A DNA stretch of 64,000 nt from contig DATJAO010000060.1 of NCBI GenBank assembly GCA_035516175.1, forward strand, positions 32,779-96,778. Reading direction: 5' to 3'. This DNA is from Nitrospirota bacterium. Lineage in GTDB: Bacteria; Nitrospirota; UBA9217. Both the position numbers and the translations under genes were made by a program. Positions 59,021 to 64,000 of this stretch are shown piece by piece. The notes under the pieces are model-generated. The model was not told the origin of the DNA. It saw only the letters and a program-made list of their open reading frames with translations, and did not search any database. Every line of letters begins with the position of its first letter. The stretch's first letter is position 1.

Positions 59021-60091
59021 TCACACCTTCACTTCTTCATCCCTCTTCCCGGCAACGCCGGCATCGGCGAATGTCGCCATTTCCGTAAGGATTCTCACGC
59101 CGGCCTCAACAAGCGACATGCCAAGTGCCGCACCTGTGCCTTCACCTAGCCTGAGGTTCAGGTCAAGCAGCGGAATCTGCTCCAAATGTTCGAGCATCTT
59201 CCGGTGTCCGATTTCTACCGACTGGTGCGCCGCGATGATGTACCCTTTGACCAAGGGGTTCATTTCTGCGGCGATTAGCGCACCGGCAGTTGAAATGAAA
59301 CCGTCCACGACTACAGGGATCCTGAACAATGCCGCACCGATCACGAGACCGGCGATGCCCGCGATCTCGAACCCACCGACTTTCGCAAGTACGTCGAGGG
59401 CATCCTTGGGATCGGGGCTGTTCACCGCAATCGCCTTTTTAATGACCGCCACCTTGTTCCGAAGCGAGCTGTCGTCAATGCCGGTGCCGCGGCCCGTTAC
59501 TTTTTCCGGATCCGTGCCGGTGATGACGGATACGATGGCAGAGGACGGCGTTGTGTTCCCGATACCCATGTCTCCTGTACCGAGGATATCGACGCGGTCA
59601 CGGTATTTTTCGACCAATTCAATACCGGCGAGCACTCCCCGCTCCGCCTCGTCGCGCGTCATGGCCGGGCCCTTGGTCATGTTCCGCGTGCCGTGGCCGA
59701 TTTTTCTTATCTCCAGCCCCTCAGTAGGCTCAAACTCATGGTCGACGCCCATATCCACCACGATCACCCGTGCGCCGACATGTTTGGCAAGCACGTTCAC
59801 CCCTGCCCCACCGCCAAGGAAGTTATAGACCATTTGCGGTGTAACGTCTTTGGGGAACGCGCTCACGCCCTCTTCGGTCACCCCGTGGTCTCCGGCAAAG
59901 GTGAATATTATCTTATTCTTGATGCTGGGCTTGTTCTTGCCCGTGATGAGACAATACTTCTTCGCCAGCTCTTCGAGCCGGCCGAGGCTGCCTTGCGGTT
60001 TCGTCAGGTTATCAAGCTGTGCCTGGATGTCATTCGTACGTGATGTGTCAACGGGCTGGATCCTTTTCAATACTTCCTGCAGTCGTCCCAC
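59021..60091 (-). CDS. cobT: nicotinate-nucleotide-dimethylbenzimidazole phosphoribosyltransferase
   Basis: [22 protein letters not shown] and GEGTGA motifs. GTG start. Confidence 0.92.
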   Translation of the reverse strand: MGRLQEVLKRIQPVDTSRTNDIQAQLDNLTKPQGSLGRLEELAKKYCLITGKNKPSIKNKIIFTFAGDHGVTEEGVSAFPKDVTPQMVYNFLGGGAGVNVLAKHVGARVIVVDMGVDHEFEPTEGLEIRKIGHGTRNMTKGPAMTRDEAERGVLAGIELVEKYRDRVDILGTGDMGIGNTTPSSAIVSVITGTDPEKVTGRGTGIDDSSLRNKVAVIKKAIAVNSPDPKDALDVLAKVGGFEIAGIAGLVIGAALFRIPVVVDGFISTAGALIAAEMNPLVKGYIIAAHQSVEIGHRKMLEHLEQIPLLDLNLRLGEGTGAALGMSLVEAGVRILTEMATFADAGVAGKRDEEVKV

Positions 60092-60223
60092 TTTCTTTAC
60101 CCCCTGTTATAATTTCATTTCAAGTTTGGCCCACTCTTCCCGAGGAAATCTGCGTTCGACAGTATTTTCTCGCTATTAACAGAAATGCCTTTTGTCCTGC
60201 ATCCTCACCATAACGCGATAGAA

Positions 60224-60745
60224 CTACTTGATCTTCATCGGTATCCCCGCCGCAGTAAAATAAACTTCGTCCGCAGCCTGCGCTACTTTCTGGTTCAACA
60301 TGCCGGCGAAATCCCGAAACCGCCGTGCAAGCGGATTATCCGGTACGATTCCGAGCCCGACCTCGTTCGACACGATGATAGATGAGCCATCGAAGCTTTT
60401 GATCGCTTCAACTAGCACATCGGAGCGGGAATTGACCGCATCGTCCCCATTGGTATGGGCCATGACGTTGCTCAACCAGAGCGTAAGACAGTCAAGCAGG
60501 ACTATCTGGTAACGTTTGTTCAGCTTTTCGAGCAGGTTCGCGATGGCAAGCGGCTCTTCATAGGTGTCCCATGCGGCTGCGCGGCGCTCCCGGTGATGTT
60601 GTATTCGCGACGCCATTTCCGTATCAAGCGCCTGTGCCGTGGCGATATATGCTCGCTTGCCCGTCATGCCGTTCGCCAGCCTTTCAGCAAAAGCGGATTT
60701 TCCTGATCGGGCCCCGCCGGTGATGAAGTATATTTTTTTTATCAT
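60224..60745 (-). CDS. cobU: bifunctional adenosylcobinamide kinase / adenosylcobinamide-phosphate guanylyltransferase
   Basis: P-loop ITGGARSGKSAFAE, followed by a CobU/CobP-like sequence. Confidence 0.9.
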   Translation of the reverse strand: MIKKIYFITGGARSGKSAFAERLANGMTGKRAYIATAQALDTEMASRIQHHRERRAAAWDTYEEPLAIANLLEKLNKRYQIVLLDCLTLWLSNVMAHTNGDDAVNSRSDVLVEAIKSFDGSSIIVSNEVGLGIVPDNPLARRFRDFAGMLNQKVAQAADEVYFTAAGIPMKIK

Positions 60746-60788
60746 TATCCTTATATCTTCCCTGCCTCTTTCACCCTGACCCCTGCCA

Positions 60789-61448
60789 CTACTGTTTCAT
60801 GAACACAACGTCCGCAAAGTAGCTCTCGGCCGAGGTCTCGGTATGCTGTGAGTTAATCTGGAGCCTCACACCTTCTACTTCCGTGGGTTCATCTCCGAAC
60901 AGTTTCTTATAATCGTCGTACACGTTCCGAACCTCGGTGAGCCATTTTCCCGTATCCGCAGCACCCGAACGAACGACTATTGCCTTGATGGACATAAAGA
61001 ACGGCGCTGAGGCGTTTCCCATGGTCCCCTGCGGCACGGTCGTGTCCCAGATATAGACCATCGCCCTGGTCTTTGAGAATGCAAGGAAAAGTTGGGCTGC
61101 CTGGTCATCGGTCTTCGATCTTCTGAAATCGCCTCCCACGGGAAGCTTCGTCACCTTCCATTTCCAGGTGAGAATTGGGAACTGCTTGAGGTCCACAAGC
61201 ACCTCTTTCTGAAGGGAGAAGGACGTATTAGCGCTCCTGAAGCGGACTGCATTCAAATCTCCGTCCTTGACCACGGCATAATCCGCCTTGCCGGATTTTT
61301 CCTTAAGCTGCCATCCCTGTGGAACGCCCTTTTCGTTTACGCCGGTGGAAAAATCCGCAATTACAAGACGGCCTTCCGCCGCTCCTGCCGCGGAATAAAG
61401 GAACAGGAAGGATGCCACCAAGGCATTCAAAACAATCATCGTTTTCAT
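60789..61448 (-). CDS. DUF3047-family secreted protein
   Basis: Signal peptide, then GWQLKEKSGKADYAVVKDGDLNAVRFRSANTSFSL...FPILTWKWKV...KTDDQAAQLFLAF, matching the DUF3047 pattern. Start moved to ATG 61448. Confidence 0.7.
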   Translation of the reverse strand: MKTMIVLNALVASFLFLYSAAGAAEGRLVIADFSTGVNEKGVPQGWQLKEKSGKADYAVVKDGDLNAVRFRSANTSFSLQKEVLVDLKQFPILTWKWKVTKLPVGGDFRRSKTDDQAAQLFLAFSKTRAMVYIWDTTVPQGTMGNASAPFFMSIKAIVVRSGAADTGKWLTEVRNVYDDYKKLFGDEPTEVEGVRLQINSQHTETSAESYFADVVFMKQ

Positions 61449-61462
61449 TATGTCCCTATCAG

Positions 61463-61495
61463 AAAAAAACCCCACCTGGGTTCATCAGGCAGGGG
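61463..61495 (-). terminator. terminator-like hairpin + U7 in the leader, 14 nt upstream of the DUF3047 start codon
   Basis: The minus strand reads CCCC-UG-CCUG-AUGAACC-CAGG-U-GGGG followed by UUUUUUU. Confidence 0.5.
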
Positions 61496-61570
61496 CTGGT
61501 TTTCATCGTATCTTATAAAGAATTGAGCGGGCAACGGGTCTCAAACCCCGTAAACCCGCAGCCGAGAATG

Positions 61571-61599
61571 ATAATAATCAAAGTGATAACACTTGTCAA
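61571..61599 (-). promoter_or_regulatory. sigma70-like promoter of the DUF3047-cobUTSC string
   Basis: On the minus strand: TTGACA (61599-61594), 17 nt, TATTAT (61576-61571). Confidence 0.45.
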
Positions 61600-61818
61600 G
61601 GCGTTAATTCTTGATGCACAAAGAGGTTCTTGTTGAAACCTCTCCAGAGAGCCGATCCGGTTAATGGCAAGATGACCGAGTATTGCCGGAGGCCATTAAG
61701 TCAATTGCCGAGAGTTTTTCTTTCTGCATACACGTCTGTGAAATGGTGGACGCATTACGAATTGCGCAGGTCTTGCGACATTTAGATTTTGTATGAAAAT
61801 AATAAGTCGAAAAAGATA

Positions 61819-61846
61819 TTGACAGTGCAGTAAGGTGTGGTACTAT
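61819..61846 (+). promoter_or_regulatory. sigma70-like promoter with extended -10, facing the GT2 gene
   Basis: TTGACA (61819-24), 16 nt, TGgTACTAT (61838-46). About 270 nt upstream of ATG 62122. Confidence 0.4.
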
Positions 61847-62121
61847 CTGCAATAGTATTTTATGATTTAAAAACATAAAGAGTTCTCTCGGCAGGTAACC
61901 CAGTTTTTTGATTGAAATTGGGTACGTTTTTATTCCACGATAAATAAATTCTTGAAGTCTTCAGCCGATAACTGTTACGGGGAATTGCGGATTACAAACC
62001 CATAGTTTGCTTAAATTACTAAAAGCATATGATGGTCCGGCCTTATTGAGGAAGAAGGTCATACGAGGAGGAACTAAAACGAATCACAGCGTGTGCTGGG
62101 GAGGATATATTTAGTCTGGCT

Positions 62122-62811
62122 ATGAAGCTTTCTGTGATCATACCGTGTTTTAATGAACTGAAGACCATAGACGCCGTTGTTTATGCAGTCAGAAATTCTC
62201 CGTATGACAACAAAGAGATCATCGTCGTTGATGATTTTTCGACTGATGGAACAAGAGAAAAAATAAGGAATGAATTAGAGAGAAAGGTCGATAAAGTAAT
62301 TTACCATGAGAGTAACAGGGGCAAAGGAGCTGCAATAAGGCATGGCATCAAAGAGGCAACGGGAGATATTGTCATCATACAAGATGCCGACCTTGAGTAT
62401 GACCCCAATGAGTATCCGATAGTGATCGGTCCGATTCTGGATAATAAAGCAGATGTAGTATTCGGTTCTCGATTTATCAGCAATAGACCACATAGAGTGT
62501 TGTATTTCTGGCACAGCGTGGGGAATGGCATTTTAACATTCTTCTCAAATATATTCACCAATCTGAACCTATCCGACATGGAAACCTGTTATAAGGCATT
62601 TAAGAGAGAAATTATACAGTCCATTAATATCGAAGAGGACAGGTTTGGGTTTGAGCCCGAGATAACCGCGAAAATTGCCAAACTGAGATGCAGGATCTAC
62701 GAGGTGGGAATTTCTTATTACGGAAGGACTTATGAAGAGGGCAAAAAAATCGGATGGAAAGATGGTTTCCGGGCTTTTTATTGCATTATCAAATATAACC
62801 TGTTTCGTTGA
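62122..62811 (+). CDS. family 2 glycosyltransferase (polyprenol-phosphate sugar synthase type, Dpm1/ArnC-like)
   Basis: LSVIIPCFNE, VVDDFSTDGT and QDADLEYDP motifs. 229 aa. Confidence 0.85.
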   Translation: MKLSVIIPCFNELKTIDAVVYAVRNSPYDNKEIIVVDDFSTDGTREKIRNELERKVDKVIYHESNRGKGAAIRHGIKEATGDIVIIQDADLEYDPNEYPIVIGPILDNKADVVFGSRFISNRPHRVLYFWHSVGNGILTFFSNIFTNLNLSDMETCYKAFKREIIQSINIEEDRFGFEPEITAKIAKLRCRIYEVGISYYGRTYEEGKKIGWKDGFRAFYCIIKYNLFR

Positions 62812-63014
62812 AGGGCTTTAGGTCATTTTAGATTTATTTTGCTATTTTGATCTTCTATTTTTTTCACACCGTAAACTTTTCAAGAGGCGCATTCATACAA
62901 TGCGGCATGCCCGCAGGGTTTATGAATGATAAAGCGCTTCATGTCATATTGAAAGGATTTATGGAGTTCGTCGAAAACGACTTTAGGAAATAACCGTACG
63001 AATAAAGACGCTGC

Positions 63015-64000
63015 ATGAACACGAACCTGTTACGCAATAAATTTTTCGTCTTTACGCTTATCTGTGTGGCTGGCCTGCTGGCCTACTCTAATACGTTTAC
63101 TGTGCCATTCCAATTTGATGATGACGGTTATATTGTCAACAACCCGATAATCAGAAGCTTTCGTTATTTTCTTCATCCATCAGAAGCCGTTACGCTTAAT
63201 CAGCAATCTCCCACCGCCTTCCCCATCGGTTTACGCTATGCATTCATGACCCGCTTCCTGGGCTATCTCTCTCTTGCTATGAATTACCATCTGCACGGGC
63301 TTGACGTCGCGGGTTATCATATCGTCAACCTGCTGCTTCATATCATCAACAGCTTTCTGGTATATTTGATACTCAGAAATACCTTCAAAACAGCTTTATT
63401 TTCAAATCGAGAAGCTGAAATCGGTTCAAACTCCCACGACGCGATTGCGTTGCTCTCGTCGTTGCTTTTTGTCTGTCATCCGATTCAGACTCATGCAGTT
63501 ACCTATATCACATCACGGTTTGTTTTGCTTGCCACCTTCTTCTTTCTGCTTTCCCTTTTCCTATACATATCGTCCACGATGTCAACCACCGATGGCAAAC
63601 GCCATGTTCTCCATGCGGCCGCCCTCGTTTCAGCGGCTGCAGCGATGGTAACGAAAGAGTTCACTTTCACTCTGCCGCTAATCATAATGCTGTATGATCT
63701 GGTCTTTTTGTCACGTAGCACTCCTGATCGGATCAAAACACTCGCCCCTTTTTCCCTGACCCTGTTCATCATCCCGACGCTCGTTTTTATACAGCAGGGC
63801 AAACTTCAATCCCTCGACAGCACCATGCGGGTCATCACTGCCGCTGATGTATCGCAGATATCCCGAAGCGATTACCTTCTTACCCAATTCAGGGTCATCA
63901 TAACCTATATACGGCTTTTGTTTTTCCCCATTAACCAGAGCATTGATCATGACGTTCCCGTATATCATTCCCTGTTTCAACTGCCGGTTTTTGCATCATT
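63015..64000 (+). CDS. TMTC/PMT-like polytopic membrane glycosyltransferase (GT-C type), 5' part only, runs off the window
   Basis: Not in the supplied ORF track. I translated 328 codons from ATG 63015 to the window end with no stop (MNTNLLRNKFFVFTLICVAGLLAYSNTFTVPFQFDDDGYIVNNPIIRS...HPIQTHAVTYITSRF...). It has multiple TM helices and the FxFDD / Q-T-x-AV-x-YI motifs seen in TMTC/DUF1736-type proteins. An in-frame TAA at 63003 fixes the start. Confidence 0.7.
   Translation, partial: MNTNLLRNKFFVFTLICVAGLLAYSNTFTVPFQFDDDGYIVNNPIIRSFRYFLHPSEAVTLNQQSPTAFPIGLRYAFMTRFLGYLSLAMNYHLHGLDVAGYHIVNLLLHIINSFLVYLILRNTFKTALFSNREAEIGSNSHDAIALLSSLLFVCHPIQTHAVTYITSRFVLLATFFFLLSLFLYISSTMSTTDGKRHVLHAAALVSAAAAMVTKEFTFTLPLIIMLYDLVFLSRSTPDRIKTLAPFSLTLFIIPTLVFIQQGKLQSLDSTMRVITAADVSQISRSDYLLTQFRVIITYIRLLFFPINQSIDHDVPVYHSLFQLPVFAS

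Noticed and set aside
61440-61760. Expected cobalamin riboswitch upstream of the cobU-cobT-cobS-cobC string.
   Set aside because: I could not find the conserved core (GGUG..AAUCC, GCCACUG, full B12 box), only a weak AACCAGCCCCUGCC. I therefore do not call it as a riboswitch. A covariance-model scan is needed (see finding).
62922-62993. 23-codon ORF (MNDKALHVILKGFMEFVENDFRK) and the hairpin ATTCATA..TGCGG-CATGC-CCGCA..TATGAAT (62892..62928), between the GT2 and TMTC-like genes.
   Set aside because: It is too short and has no clear RBS. The hairpin is not followed by a T-run.
1-64000. Search for CRISPR arrays, IS elements/transposases, integrases, prophage genes, toxin-antitoxin pairs, and rRNA/tRNA genes.
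   Set aside because: I saw no regularly spaced direct repeats, no terminal inverted repeats flanking an ORF, no recombinase-like ORF and no cloverleaf-like sequence in any intergenic region. The PIN domain present is the N-terminus of PhoH2, not a VapC toxin with a partner antitoxin.

Overview
Chromosomal, moderately GC-rich (by eye) bacterial segment. It is densely packed with about 64 protein genes, roughly 50 of them on the minus strand, and almost all are housekeeping. I saw no rRNA, tRNA, CRISPR array, transposase, integrase or phage gene. The gene content (Hfq, system II cytochrome c biogenesis, citramalate synthase, ApgM-type kinase, sulfur-carrier chemistry, a probable selenoprotein) suggests an anaerobic Nitrospirota- or Deltaproteobacteria-like organism, but that is inference only.

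Gene order:
- Left part: mtnA, gcvT, copA, a Mut7-C RNase-domain protein, two paralogous OM beta-barrel proteins, rodZ with a PilW-like TPR lipoprotein, a repeat-containing hypothetical, pfkB, mtnP, and the classic mutL-miaA-hfq arrangement. The mutL-miaA spacer is an odd 660 bp with no convincing gene.
- Next: three M16 peptidases around dut, an EF-G paralogue, and rseC.
- Aspartate-family block: cimA, lysC, an ApgM-like proposed homoserine kinase, NIL protein, MoaD-like carrier, ThrC-like enzyme, JAMM protease, E1-like adenylyltransferase, TusA-like protein, hom, and an aminotransferase. argD-argF are transcribed divergently.
- Middle: C26 amidotransferase, orphan peptide-type SBP, tandem DUF1059 protein, ccsA/resB, PhoH2, a decayed response regulator, tsaC, DUF89, purE, purD, larE-like, iclR.
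- Right part: rhodanese, rph, a thiS-thiG-thiE-thiC-(M23 peptidase)-thiD cluster behind a clear TPP riboswitch, a DUF3047-cobU-cobT-cobS-cobC cluster, then a GT2 gene plus a TMTC-like membrane glycosyltransferase that runs off the window end and is missing from the ORF track.

Most interesting observations:
1. A periplasmic rhodanese gene is interrupted by an in-frame TGA in its active-site loop. A SECIS-like hairpin follows at the right distance and the frame then stays open for 45 more codons, so it is a candidate selenoprotein with a CxxxxU motif.
2. A masked-GG sulfur-carrier / JAMM / E1 / TusA / NIL / ThrC-homologue module sits inside the homoserine genes. This suggests thiocarboxylate-dependent homocysteine synthesis.
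3. There are several non-canonical leader or repeat regions (lysC, the cob operon, the mutL-miaA gap) and a response-regulator pseudogene with probably two frameshifts.
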